From Candidatus Uhrbacteria bacterium (GTDB lineage Bacteria > Patescibacteriota > Patescibacteriia > UBA9934 > GWF2-40-263): a stretch of DNA of 64,000 nucleotides. Numbering within the stretch: position 1 is the stretch's first letter; each line of letters starts with the position of its first letter. Location of the stretch: NCBI GenBank assembly GCA_016188425.1, contig JACPHX010000003.1, positions 18,606 to 82,605 of the forward strand. The letters run 5' to 3'. Of this stretch, positions 10,674 to 19,466 are shown in pieces. The notes under the pieces are model-generated. The model saw nothing but the letters and a program-made list of their open reading frames with translations. It had not been told where the DNA came from and ran no database searches. A program made the translations under genes and the position numbers.

Positions 10674-11561
10674 TCTCGATCTCCTCTCCCGCAAGAGATT
10701 GAGACGTTGGCCGCTGCGGGTTCTCTGGGTCGGATGGAAGCTTCCGACGCCTCGGATGGCGACATCATCATTGTCGTGAAGGATGGTACACCGGAGGATC
10801 GAGCTCAAGCAGTCTACGACGATGTCTGGAATCGGCTTGAGGGCGTCGAGCGTCCGAACGCAACCGGCGTGTTCTCGAACCATGCCACAGAGGGTCAGCT
10901 TCACAGTGACAGCGTTGGCGATCCACAAGAGAGCTCCAAGACTTTGGGCAAAAGACTCCTTTTGCTACTCGAGTCCCAACCGCTCTATAATGACGAAGCG
11001 TATTGGAGTCTCATCGAGCGCATCGTTGACCAGTACGCAAAGAACTACGTCGCGTTGGACTCGACGAAAGAGTGGGCATTCCTGATCAACGATTTGATCC
11101 GCTATTTTCGTTCGATCTGCGTATCTTACCAGTTCAGTTTCAACGAGCAGAAGGAGAAATGGGCCCTTCGAAACGTGAAGCTTCGACACAGCCGTCTCAT
11201 CATGTACTCTGGCCTTTTGTTTCTTCTCGGAGAAGCAAGCAAGGAGCGGAAAGACAAAGTCTCGTGGCTCAAGCGCCACCTTCGCTATACACCGCTCGAA
11301 CGCATTGCGCTCGCCTACGACGCAAATGGCGATCGGAGCTTCCACCGATTGATCGGGCTCTACGATGTCTTCCAAGCGGCCCTCAATAGCGAAGTGCGAA
11401 CGAAACTCAACGTTGAGTACGCACATCGGTACGACCACCCGGAGTTCGCGCGCCTAAAGGCGAATTCAGATGCCCTCGTCGCGGAGCTTCTGCGATTCGT
11501 GTTTGCGCGCCAAGCGAACGAAGACTGGAGCGCCCGATTCTTTGAATATCTCATTTTCTAA
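10674..11561 (+). CDS. GlnD/DUF294-like Pol-beta nucleotidyltransferase with a helical C-terminal domain
   Basis: AAGSLGRMEASDASDGDIIIV fits hG[GS]-x9-13-Dh[DE]h. The first ~47 aa of the track ORF look non-coding, so I chose the start at MLSRSPLPQEI. Confidence 0.5.
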   Translation, partial: SRSPLPQEIETLAAAGSLGRMEASDASDGDIIIVVKDGTPEDRAQAVYDDVWNRLEGVERPNATGVFSNHATEGQLHSDSVGDPQESSKTLGKRLLLLLESQPLYNDEAYWSLIERIVDQYAKNYVALDSTKEWAFLINDLIRYFRSICVSYQFSFNEQKEKWALRNVKLRHSRLIMYSGLLFLLGEASKERKDKVSWLKRHLRYTPLERIALAYDANGDRSFHRLIGLYDVFQAALNSEVRTKLNVEYAHRYDHPEFARLKANSDALVAELLRFVFARQANEDWSARFFEYLIF

Positions 11562-11572
11562 AGTTACCGTGT

Positions 11573-12118
11573 ATGCACGACACCTTCGCCCTCTTCGGGC
11601 TCGTCGATGAAAAATCTGGTCGACGGATCGACGCCGCGAGACAGCGTCTCTCTCTGAAGACCGGCAACGACCGCGCACTTCGGTTCCCGCCCCACGTCAC
11701 GATCGTCGGCCGAGTTCGCGCCGAGCGGAGACGCATGAAGGAGGTCGCCGAACCCCTCCTGCTTTCCCTCGCGAGACTGGCCGCTGAGCCGCAAGAACTG
11801 GCGCTCGGTAGCCCGAGTTTCGTTCCTCCAGATCTTCTCTGGCTACCGGTCAGTTCCAGTTCCGTGCTCAAGGGTCTTCACGAGACGGCTAAGGACCGAT
11901 TGGATCAGATAACTGAGGATCTGATGGACCCATCATTTCAGCGCACGGGCTACCAGCCACACATAACCTTGGGATGGGGAGTCACGAGCGACGCCTCGGA
12001 GCCACTACTCGACGCCTCCCTCCCTCGAGTCACGATGGTCGCATTAGCCGTCGCTCTATACCCCGAGACGTGGGAAAATTACGGAAAGGTTCGGGTATGG
12101 CGCACGGCCGAACTCTGA
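11573..12118 (+). CDS. 2H phosphoesterase (LigT/2'-5' RNA ligase-like cyclic phosphodiesterase)
   Basis: Two H-x-T-x motifs about 87 aa apart (FPPHVTIVG and QPHITLGWG) in a 181-aa protein. This is the hallmark of the 2H superfamily. Confidence 0.7.
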   Translation: MHDTFALFGLVDEKSGRRIDAARQRLSLKTGNDRALRFPPHVTIVGRVRAERRRMKEVAEPLLLSLARLAAEPQELALGSPSFVPPDLLWLPVSSSSVLKGLHETAKDRLDQITEDLMDPSFQRTGYQPHITLGWGVTSDASEPLLDASLPRVTMVALAVALYPETWENYGKVRVWRTAEL

Positions 12119-12394
12119 TGCAATCGATTGTTTGCATGTCCGATCCTGCACTTTTCGCGCATCGTCCGCCTACTCCGTCCAGTGGCGCAACGTGTACAGT
12201 TCCAGGCTGCTTCGCAATGCGACCACGCTCGATCATCGAGTTCCATGGTGGTTCGCCCTCCCCGTGTGCATGGACAATCGAAAGGCGACATGGCTTGGAG
12301 TTGCTCGCAGTGACGAGCCAGTGCGAGAGATCGTAACGCAATGGGCCTCTCGGACGATGGATAGGTAACGACCTCCCTTGCGAAAGGACCGAAG

Positions 12395-13126
12395 ATGGCC
12401 AAATCTACGATCGAATGGACGGAGTCAACCTGGAACCCCGTGACGGGGTGTACCAAGATCAGCCCCGGGTGCAAATACTGCTACGCCGAGCGAATGGCGA
12501 AGCGACTTCGAGCGATGGGTCAAAGGAATTACCGTAACGGCTTCCAACTCACCCTCCATCCGCACATGCTCGACCGACCGCTACGCTGGAGGAAGCCGCA
12601 GACGATTTTCGTGAATTCGATGAGCGACCTGTTTCACGCGGAGGTGCCAGTCGAGTACATCCAGCGTGTCTTCGACATCATGTCGCGGGCACACAGGCAC
12701 CGCTTCCAGATTCTTACCAAGCGCTCCGCGCGTCTCGCCGAGGTCAGCCCCAGCCTCCCGTGGCCGGAGAACGTGTGGATGGGCGTGAGCGTTGAAAGCG
12801 CGGCCTACAAATTCCGGAGCGACGACCTGAGAAAGTCAGAAGCCCAGACGAAATTTCTTTCGCTGGAGCCACTTCTGGGTCCGCTCCCGAATCTCGACCT
12901 TCACGAAATCGACTGGGTCATCGTCGGCGGTGAGTCAGGGCCCGGCGCAAGAGGCATCCGAGCGGACTGGGTGACCGATATTCGCGATCAGTGTCTTCGC
13001 GCGAATGTTTCATTTTTCTTCAAACAATGGGGCGGTGTGAACAAGAAGACTACCGGTCGGGCACTGGAAGGAAGGACTTGGAACGAATTGCCTCGCACCC
13101 GCCTTCTGCCCGTCATCACGTCGTAG
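12395..13126 (+). CDS. Phage Gp37/Gp68 family protein (DUF5131)
   Basis: N-terminal [20 protein letters not shown] Cys cluster and overall length match the Gp37/Gp68 family. Confidence 0.6.
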   Translation: MAKSTIEWTESTWNPVTGCTKISPGCKYCYAERMAKRLRAMGQRNYRNGFQLTLHPHMLDRPLRWRKPQTIFVNSMSDLFHAEVPVEYIQRVFDIMSRAHRHRFQILTKRSARLAEVSPSLPWPENVWMGVSVESAAYKFRSDDLRKSEAQTKFLSLEPLLGPLPNLDLHEIDWVIVGGESGPGARGIRADWVTDIRDQCLRANVSFFFKQWGGVNKKTTGRALEGRTWNELPRTRLLPVITS

Positions 13127-13127
13127 G

Positions 13128-13667
13128 ATGCAATCGATTGCATCTGTGTTGGAACGGTCGGAACCGATCCCGAAAGACTGGAACGAGGCAGCGCAAATGA
13201 AACCCAATATTGACGATCTTATCAAAGCTCGCGACGAGGATGAAACAGACCCTAAGAGAATTAGAGAGGAGGTCACCAGAAAATTGTACGAAGAACACCA
13301 TGATCAGTTGGGAAAAAGGATTGCCAGAGTCAAAGCATCAGATCCGGATCTCAATCAAGACGATATTGACGAAATCCGAAGCACCTTCGAAGCATCCCTT
13401 CGAAGGAAACATTCCGCGTACATAAAAGCGGAGACGCTTCGGTCTTTAGATTTACATCAAATCACCAAAACCAAGGCCGATTCGATTGGCAGAATCATCT
13501 TAGCGCTCGAAGATCTGGAATGGAGTCCTCATGATTTTTGGGAGAGGCTACGGGCATCATGGGACACGGAGCAACTCGATAGAGCCATATTTCATTTTGA
13601 GAAAACAGGAGATGTTTCGCCTTTTCGGTATCTCCGTCCACCACGATCTCTCGGTTCAACGAGATAA
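13128..13667 (+). CDS. Hypothetical protein
   Basis: 179-aa ORF starting ATGCAATCGATTGCA directly after the previous stop. Charged and helical, no recognisable motif. The region looks lower in GC than its flanks. Confidence 0.45.
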   Translation: MQSIASVLERSEPIPKDWNEAAQMKPNIDDLIKARDEDETDPKRIREEVTRKLYEEHHDQLGKRIARVKASDPDLNQDDIDEIRSTFEASLRRKHSAYIKAETLRSLDLHQITKTKADSIGRIILALEDLEWSPHDFWERLRASWDTEQLDRAIFHFEKTGDVSPFRYLRPPRSLGSTR

Positions 13668-13929
13668 CGAGGTAGCCGCAACTTTTGTGACCGCGCCTCA
13701 TGTGGTCCATCGCTCACCTACGTGATTTTTGCAAGGCCGAGAACCGGAACGGGATTGGTCTCGCTGTGGAAAGAAGTTCGAACGTCGTCAATACTGGGGC
13801 ACCAGCCGTCGCTCCATCAAGTTTTTATAATTGATGGACCGACGGCTGTCCTCCGTAGCTCGCACCGAGCGAAGGAGGACCTATGTCTTGATCCTGAGAT
13901 GGAGCTATGGCTGGCACGGCCAACAAGGA

Positions 13930-13957
13930 AGACACTTTGAAAGAAGTGTCTTTTTTG
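13930..13957 (+). terminator. Rho-independent terminator
   Basis: agacactt-tgaaag-aagtgtct followed by TTTTTT. Confidence 0.55.
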
Positions 13958-14017
13958 TTTCTTGCCTCCATAAGACTTGCCCACCTGTCCCATTCCCGTT
14001 AGCATGTCCGTGCCCAC

Positions 14018-14094
14018 GGACGCTTAGCTCAGCCGGTTAGAGCGACTCGTTTACACCGAGTAGGCCGCAGGTTCGAATCCTGCAGCGTCCACCA
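14018..14094 (+). tRNA. tRNA-Val (anticodon TAC), CCA encoded
   Basis: Acceptor GGACGCT/AGCGTCC, D arm GCTC-AGCCGGTTA-GAGC, anticodon stem ACTCG/CGAGT with loop TTTACAC, T loop TTCGAAT, discriminator A then CCA. Confidence 0.85.
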
Positions 14095-15680
14095 TAAAGA
14101 ACTTCTTCATTTTTGGAGGAGTTTTTTGTATTTGCGACAAGTGCTTTTTCCGCTAAAGGAAAGACTTTTCCGAGTACGTCCCCACCATTTGGCTCGTGGT
14201 TCAACAGCAACTTTTGAGCTTGAATCAAATAATTGGCTGCTTTCAATTTTTCAATCGCAGGAATGGCTTGAATTAGCAGAGTTTGACCTTTTAGCTCGCG
14301 GTTCGAACTTAAAACGTTCAATACTTTTCTTTTGACCAAAGGATTGAGTTCTTTGAATTTAAACGGAAGATAATCGAAGACCTGAATCATTTCCATGGTG
14401 AGCTTCCAGAGGACATCTTCCTTCACATCTTCCATCTCGCCAATTTGAAGCCGCAGCGCGTGACGCAGTTCGGTAAGCTCATTCTTGCGAGACAAGCCCT
14501 CGTCAGACGTGAAGTAACCGTCCAGAACGGCTTTGTTGAGTTTTTCAAGCTGTTGATCAATTTGACCGAGCTTCAAATCCAAAGCTTTGCGTTTTGCCTG
14601 ATTATCAACGCGAATCTTGGAAGATAAACGAGCAATGGCCTCTTTGGCATAAACCATGAATTCATCGGCCAGCTCGTACTTTGCCAGATACGCAATGATT
14701 TGATCCTCAATGCGATCCTCACGAATCGTTTGGCGACATTTTGGGTTATGGCACTCAAGATATGTATGGGCTTTGTGGATAGAAGAAACCAAAAAACGAC
14801 CGCACTCACACTTAATCATTTTGGCGTAAGTGAAGTCGTGCAGCACTTTATTTTTTTGAGTTCTTCCATCCAAAATTTCCTGAACCTGATCAAAGAGCTT
14901 TTTGCTGATGATGGTGTCTTGATTACCTTCGTAGAAAGTAGGCTCCGTAGCCCCCTTCTTTTTCCACCGCAACATTCCGTGATAAAAAGGATTTCGAAGC
15001 ATTATATAAAACATGCTCTGGCGAATCGGGTTGCCGCTCGTATTTGTCATGCCACGCTTTCGCATGTATTCGCACAGTGTCACCGCTGAATAGTTGCCAG
15101 TGGCAAACAGTTCGAAGCTCTCCTTCACAAAAGGGGCAACCTTCGGGTCGAGCTGTTTCTTTTTGTGATCCTCGTCAACGCCTTTAATACCGCTTCGATA
15201 ACCGATCGGTGGCGGAGCTGGAAAATATCCCCTAAGTAAACACTCTTCCATTTTTGTACTGACTTCCTCCGACAGGTTTTCCGAATACCAGACAGCCATG
15301 TTACAGAAATTGCGGAAAGCCAGACGCCCTGCGGCACGGCTCGTATCAAATTCGCCCTCGATCACGATCATCTTCTTTTTATTCTTCGTGACCATTTGAT
15401 CAAGTAATGCGAAGTCGGCGACGTTTCGAGAGCTGCGATCCAATTTATGAAAAATAACCCCTTCTATTTCAGGGGTTGAGAGACGTTCAAGCATTGCAGT
15501 GAACTGCGTACGCTTTCCTTTGAAGCCAGATTTGGCCTCGCTGTACCATTCCACGATTTCACATTCCTTGCGCTCTGCGTATTCAGTGATAATGCGTTTT
15601 TGAGCAGGTAGAGAATTGTCCATCTCGGCCTGCGCTTTTGTGGAAACGCGACAATAGGCTACATACTTCTTCATAGGCAT
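14037..15680 (-). CDS. Large serine recombinase (phage integrase)
   Basis: N-terminal resolvase domain with catalytic Ser (VAYCRVSTKAQ), a recombinase domain, a zinc-ribbon region (CECGRFLV...CHNPKC), and a coiled-coil C-terminus. The last ~57 nt overlap tRNA-Val. Confidence 0.9.
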   Translation of the reverse strand: MPMKKYVAYCRVSTKAQAEMDNSLPAQKRIITEYAERKECEIVEWYSEAKSGFKGKRTQFTAMLERLSTPEIEGVIFHKLDRSSRNVADFALLDQMVTKNKKKMIVIEGEFDTSRAAGRLAFRNFCNMAVWYSENLSEEVSTKMEECLLRGYFPAPPPIGYRSGIKGVDEDHKKKQLDPKVAPFVKESFELFATGNYSAVTLCEYMRKRGMTNTSGNPIRQSMFYIMLRNPFYHGMLRWKKKGATEPTFYEGNQDTIISKKLFDQVQEILDGRTQKNKVLHDFTYAKMIKCECGRFLVSSIHKAHTYLECHNPKCRQTIREDRIEDQIIAYLAKYELADEFMVYAKEAIARLSSKIRVDNQAKRKALDLKLGQIDQQLEKLNKAVLDGYFTSDEGLSRKNELTELRHALRLQIGEMEDVKEDVLWKLTMEMIQVFDYLPFKFKELNPLVKRKVLNVLSSNRELKGQTLLIQAIPAIEKLKAANYLIQAQKLLLNHEPNGGDVLGKVFPLAEKALVANTKNSSKNEEVLYGGRCRIRTCGLLGVNESL

Positions 15681-16204
15681 TATTTTGATTTAGAAGGCTT
15701 TTTCTTACCCTTCGGAATGCTCTCGCCTTTATTAATGACCGCATATAGCTCCAAGAGCTTCTCTTTTTCGTCTTTTTCAAGTTCAAGAATACGCAAAATC
15801 ATATCGCGCTCTTCCTTGTCCTTCTGCATGATCTCCTCGATCAGGCGCTTCGTGTCTGGATTCACAACCACATTATTGGCATGGCCGTTCACGATAACGT
15901 TTGAGTCACCGCCTCCAGCCAAAATACCACTAGCCTGAATCAGCGAAGAAAGCTCATCGAACTTCTTGGCTTTTTCGGCAAACGCGGTCAATTCAGGGTT
16001 ATCTTCCCCGAAAAAGTAAGAAAGGGGCTTTTGAAGAGCCTTGGCAACGTCGGGCACGTATTTCTCGGGGTTCTTGATAAACCCGCTTTCGACTTTTTGA
16101 ATTGTGTTGGAAACCGCGCCGATCTTGCGAGAAAGCTCCATCTGGGACATCCCAGCTTCCTCTCTCGCCCGAATAATGCGGTTAACGATGGCATTTAGAG
16201 ACAT
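15680..16204 (-). CDS. XRE-family HTH transcriptional regulator, likely the CI-like prophage repressor
   Basis: N-terminal HTH (GMSQMELSRKIGAVSNTIQKVESG). Divergent from the early + strand genes and adjacent to the integrase. Confidence 0.75.
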   Translation of the reverse strand: MSLNAIVNRIIRAREEAGMSQMELSRKIGAVSNTIQKVESGFIKNPEKYVPDVAKALQKPLSYFFGEDNPELTAFAEKAKKFDELSSLIQASGILAGGGDSNVIVNGHANNVVVNPDTKRLIEEIMQKDKEERDMILRILELEKDEKEKLLELYAVINKGESIPKGKKKPSKSK

Positions 16205-16328
16205 GTGAGTAAAGGTTAATGATTAAAGAATAAAGGCAATGTTCCCGTTCTGTATTGAAGTATAGGAAAGATTAGAATAATAGTCAAGACTAATAACGGA
16301 AAGTTATCAACAGTCATACCAATTTTTC

Positions 16329-16356
16329 TTGACAATCTATTCTAAAAGAGTATGAT
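16329..16356 (+). promoter_or_regulatory. Sigma70-like promoter in the divergent lysogeny switch region
   Basis: TTGACA - 16 nt - TATGAT, about 90 nt upstream of the Cro-like ORF. The intergenic region is AT-rich. Confidence 0.4.
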
Positions 16357-16444
16357 GAACAGTGAAGGAACAGGAAGATGGCTTAGAATGCATATATTTT
16401 TTACCTCCAACTGTTCCGAAATGGAATAACTAACTTGTAAGAAA

Positions 16445-16672
16445 ATGGGCAGACCCTACGCAACAACTTCAGAAACTAGACAAAAAATGTGGGCGCTTTG
16501 GCTCAAAGGCTTCACGTTTATTGAGATTGCCCGCCAATTTAAAACTTACCGTCAAAAGACAAGGTCGATTGTCCTTGCCTACGATCCCACGTTTGAACAA
16601 TTCAAGCAGCACGACGAAAACCGTCGGATCAGGCAAATGGCGGGAAAGCTTTCCCCTAACTTAAATCCATGA
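16445..16672 (+). CDS. Small putative DNA-binding protein (Cro/excisionase-like)
   Basis: 75 aa, basic, with a possible HTH (WLKGFTFIEIARQF). First gene of the rightward early operon. Confidence 0.45.
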   Translation: MGRPYATTSETRQKMWALWLKGFTFIEIARQFKTYRQKTRSIVLAYDPTFEQFKQHDENRRIRQMAGKLSPNLNP

Positions 16673-16675
16673 GGT

Positions 16676-16851
16676 ATGTCCAATACAACACAAGAAAAAT
16701 GGACTCCTCAAGAAGAGGAGATTATCGGGTTCTTCATGGATTTAATACCAGTCCTTCAAGAGGTAAAGGCCGACTTAGAGCAGAAAGGCCTCCTTAATAA
16801 AGCAGTATGTGTGAGCGGCGGAGAGTCTGCTCCGCAGCCCATTAACTCTTA
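16676..16851 (+). CDS. Small hypothetical phage protein (58 aa)
   Basis: ATG at 16676 (MSNTTQEKWTPQEEEIIGFFMDLIPVLQEV...) directly after the previous stop. Below the ORF-track size cutoff. Confidence 0.3.
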
Positions 16852-17115
16852 ATCATATGCAAATACAAGTTTTCTCAGACGAATGGTGGTTCCAGCTGAC
16901 AGTCATGCTCATCCTCATCAGCGGGTTCGCACTAACGCTCTGCATCATGGAACTCGCGGTCTGCATATGGGCGGAGCTGACTGGGCGGCAGACAGACCTG
17001 CCAACGCAAGAAAGCGTACACCGATTCTTCATGAGAATCAGGCTCGCGCTGATCCGAAGGCGGAGACGCAAAGCCTACAAGAACCAACCACTTAATAATT
17101 TAATCACCAAATCTT

Positions 17116-18036
17116 ATGACCAAAACACTAGCCATATCGGCACAAGACGCGGGCGCAATCTGGCAAGAACAGACAAAACTCGCCGAGGTTAAGAAAATTT
17201 ACGGCAAAGACCTGACGGACTCGGAATTCGCAATCCTCGTCCAGATAGGCCAAGCCACGCACCTGAACCCCTTCTTGCGGGAAATCTGGGCGGTGAAATA
17301 CGGAACCAGCCCCGCTCAAATCTTTATCGGGCGCGACGGCTACCGCAAGGCAGCCCAATCGAATCCAGACTACGACTACCACTTGGCGGACGCGGTCTAC
17401 CAAAACGACGACTTCAAGATCGAAGACGGCGAGGTTCGCCATACCTATTCAGGAAAGGATCGCGGAGCTCTGGTCGGCGCCTACTGCGTGGTGAAAAGAA
17501 AAAGCTCCACCAAGACAATGTTCAACTTCGTCGACATCAAGGAATACAGCACGGGCAAAAGCCTCTGGGTCGGCAAGCCAGCAACAATGATTAAGAAGGT
17601 GGCCGAAGCTCAAGGATTGCGCATGGCCTTCCAGCAACTCTTTGCGGGAACCTATGACGAAACCGAGGCTTGGGAAGAACCAGCAAAATCACTACCACAA
17701 CCAAAAGAAGAAAAGCGCATTCAGCCAAAAACTGGAGAGGCGCTTTTTGTGGCATGGAACGAACTCTGGGATTTGTACATGGAAAAGTATCCCGATGAAC
17801 GCACCGACACTGGCGAACTGAAATTCTCGCCCGAGAAATCCGAAGCTACCCGCAAGCTGACCTTCCTCAAGAACTACAAAAAGGAAAGCTCAACCGAGCT
17901 GACCGATAAGGAAGCCAAAGACTTCATCTGCCGCTGCGAAGAAAAAATCGCGGAACTAAAGAAACTTCCCGAACCGACTAAAGCGCAGGAAGTTTCCGTG
18001 AAGCAGATGAAGAAATCACCTGCCCTAGCAGGATAA
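17116..18036 (+). CDS. recT: RecT-family single-strand annealing recombinase
   Basis: 306 aa with RecT core (LTDSEFAILVQIGQATHLNPF...GKPATMIKKVAEAQGLRMAFQQ). Paired with a downstream PD-(D/E)xK exonuclease. Confidence 0.8.
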   Translation: MTKTLAISAQDAGAIWQEQTKLAEVKKIYGKDLTDSEFAILVQIGQATHLNPFLREIWAVKYGTSPAQIFIGRDGYRKAAQSNPDYDYHLADAVYQNDDFKIEDGEVRHTYSGKDRGALVGAYCVVKRKSSTKTMFNFVDIKEYSTGKSLWVGKPATMIKKVAEAQGLRMAFQQLFAGTYDETEAWEEPAKSLPQPKEEKRIQPKTGEALFVAWNELWDLYMEKYPDERTDTGELKFSPEKSEATRKLTFLKNYKKESSTELTDKEAKDFICRCEEKIAELKKLPEPTKAQEVSVKQMKKSPALAG

Positions 18037-18057
18037 CAATAATTAACCAATCCTACT

Positions 18058-18480
18058 ATGAAAAAACTTCATATTCGCCCAGTCGAGGCGAGCAACAACG
18101 GCAAAAAGGAACGTTGGTGGGCGGTTCAGGAAAAGGATGAACACGGAAACTTTGTGACACTCATCAACGGAATATTCTCGCATGCCTATCCTCGGCGCGA
18201 GATGGCGATGGAAGCCCGCGAAATGTTGCTTAAGAAAGCCGAGAGCAAACATCCTCGCAGCGTCTACACCCACCGCTACTACGAGGAAGAAGACTACAAC
18301 TACTTGAGCCAAAAAGGATATTCGGACGAAGAGATCGAGGAAATCTGGAACCGCGACATCAAGCACGACATCGTCTCGAATTTGCTCTGGCTCGAAGTGA
18401 ATGAACCAGAGGTGGCAAAAGACGTACTCGCCGAGTACGAACGCCTCAGAGAAAACAATCCTTACAAATCTAACTCTTAA
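18058..18480 (+). CDS. Hypothetical phage protein
   Basis: 140-aa ORF with coding-like composition and no motif I recognise. Confidence 0.45.
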   Translation: MKKLHIRPVEASNNGKKERWWAVQEKDEHGNFVTLINGIFSHAYPRREMAMEAREMLLKKAESKHPRSVYTHRYYEEEDYNYLSQKGYSDEEIEEIWNRDIKHDIVSNLLWLEVNEPEVAKDVLAEYERLRENNPYKSNS

Positions 18481-18484
18481 CACT

Positions 18485-19447
18485 ATGATCAGAACCGCTG
18501 AAAGCGTCAGCCCAATGCACCCCGACAAAATGTGCGACCGAATCTCGGACGCAATTCTCGACGCCTATCTCAAAGAAGATAAGAATGCGCGTTGCGCCAT
18601 CGAGGTCATGGGCGGGCACGAGCTCATCCAAGTGATGGGCGAAGTAACATCAAACGCAAAGCCAGACATTCGAGAGATTGTCCGCAGGATCGCTGGCAAC
18701 CTCGAATGCAATATCCACCTCGTAACCCAATCGCCCGAGATAGCCCAAGGCGTGGACAAAGGCGGAGCTGGCGACCAAGGAATCATGGTCGGCTACGCCT
18801 GCAATGAAAACGAGGCGCTCATTCCGCGAGAACTGTATCTTGCGCGAAGCCTTTGCAAGCACCTTTACGAACTTCATCCCGATGACGGCAAAACGCAAAT
18901 CACCGTGGGTGAAGACGGCAAAGTGGCCGTGATCATAGCCTCATGGCGAAACATCACATCGGCCAAGCTCTACAAGGAAATCATGCTCTGGGTCGAGAAA
19001 GAAAAGATCGCCTTCATAAAGAACGCGCAAATCACAATGAACTCCGCTGGCGACTGGGATAAAGGCGGATTCGACGCCGACACTGGACTCACGGGAAGAA
19101 AAATCGTCGTGGATGCCTATGGCAGCCGCGTGCCAGTCGGCGGCGGAGCCTTCTCAGGAAAAGACGCCACAAAGGTTGACCGCTCAGGCGCTTACAAGGC
19201 CAGACAGGAAGCCGTGAGACTGCTTAAAGAAAGAAACGCGAAAGAAGTAACCGTCTTCGTCGCCTATGCGATCGGACAAGAAAAACCAGTGCAAGCGACC
19301 GCGATAATTGACGGCAAAGAAGAGGAACTCGATTTGGAACGGTTCACACCGCAAGCCATCATCGAGGTTCTTGAACTTGATCAGCCCATCTATGAGCAAA
19401 CCGCCGAATGGGGACATTTCGGCAACGGCTTTAGGTGGGATTATTAA
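18485..19447 (+). CDS. metK: S-adenosylmethionine synthetase (MetK), short phage-encoded form
   Basis: MHPDKMCDRISDAILDA (GHPDK motif), GAGDQGIMVGYA, DTGLTGRKIVVDAYG, GGGAFSGKDATKVDRSGAYKAR and C-terminal EWGHFG are all MetK signatures. The central domain is shortened (320 aa in total). Confidence 0.85.
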   Translation: MIRTAESVSPMHPDKMCDRISDAILDAYLKEDKNARCAIEVMGGHELIQVMGEVTSNAKPDIREIVRRIAGNLECNIHLVTQSPEIAQGVDKGGAGDQGIMVGYACNENEALIPRELYLARSLCKHLYELHPDDGKTQITVGEDGKVAVIIASWRNITSAKLYKEIMLWVEKEKIAFIKNAQITMNSAGDWDKGGFDADTGLTGRKIVVDAYGSRVPVGGGAFSGKDATKVDRSGAYKARQEAVRLLKERNAKEVTVFVAYAIGQEKPVQATAIIDGKEEELDLERFTPQAIIEVLELDQPIYEQTAEWGHFGNGFRWDY

Positions 19448-19466
19448 TTTTTTACCAATCTTAACG

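Larger units (their letters stand above)
8287..14017. mobile_element. Degraded integrative element at tRNA-Leu: integrase remnant plus IS256 plus cargo (NTase, 2H phosphoesterase, Gp37/68)
   Basis: The integrase remnant abuts tRNA-Leu in the same arrangement as the intact prophage integrase at tRNA-Val. Cargo genes are all on the + strand. The right boundary is not defined. Confidence 0.4.

Noticed and set aside
16857-17192. 111-aa ORF with a TM segment upstream of recT
   Set aside because: It overlaps the RecT start by 76 nt and has an Arg-rich tail. It is possibly a small real gene ending earlier, but the evidence is not enough to call.
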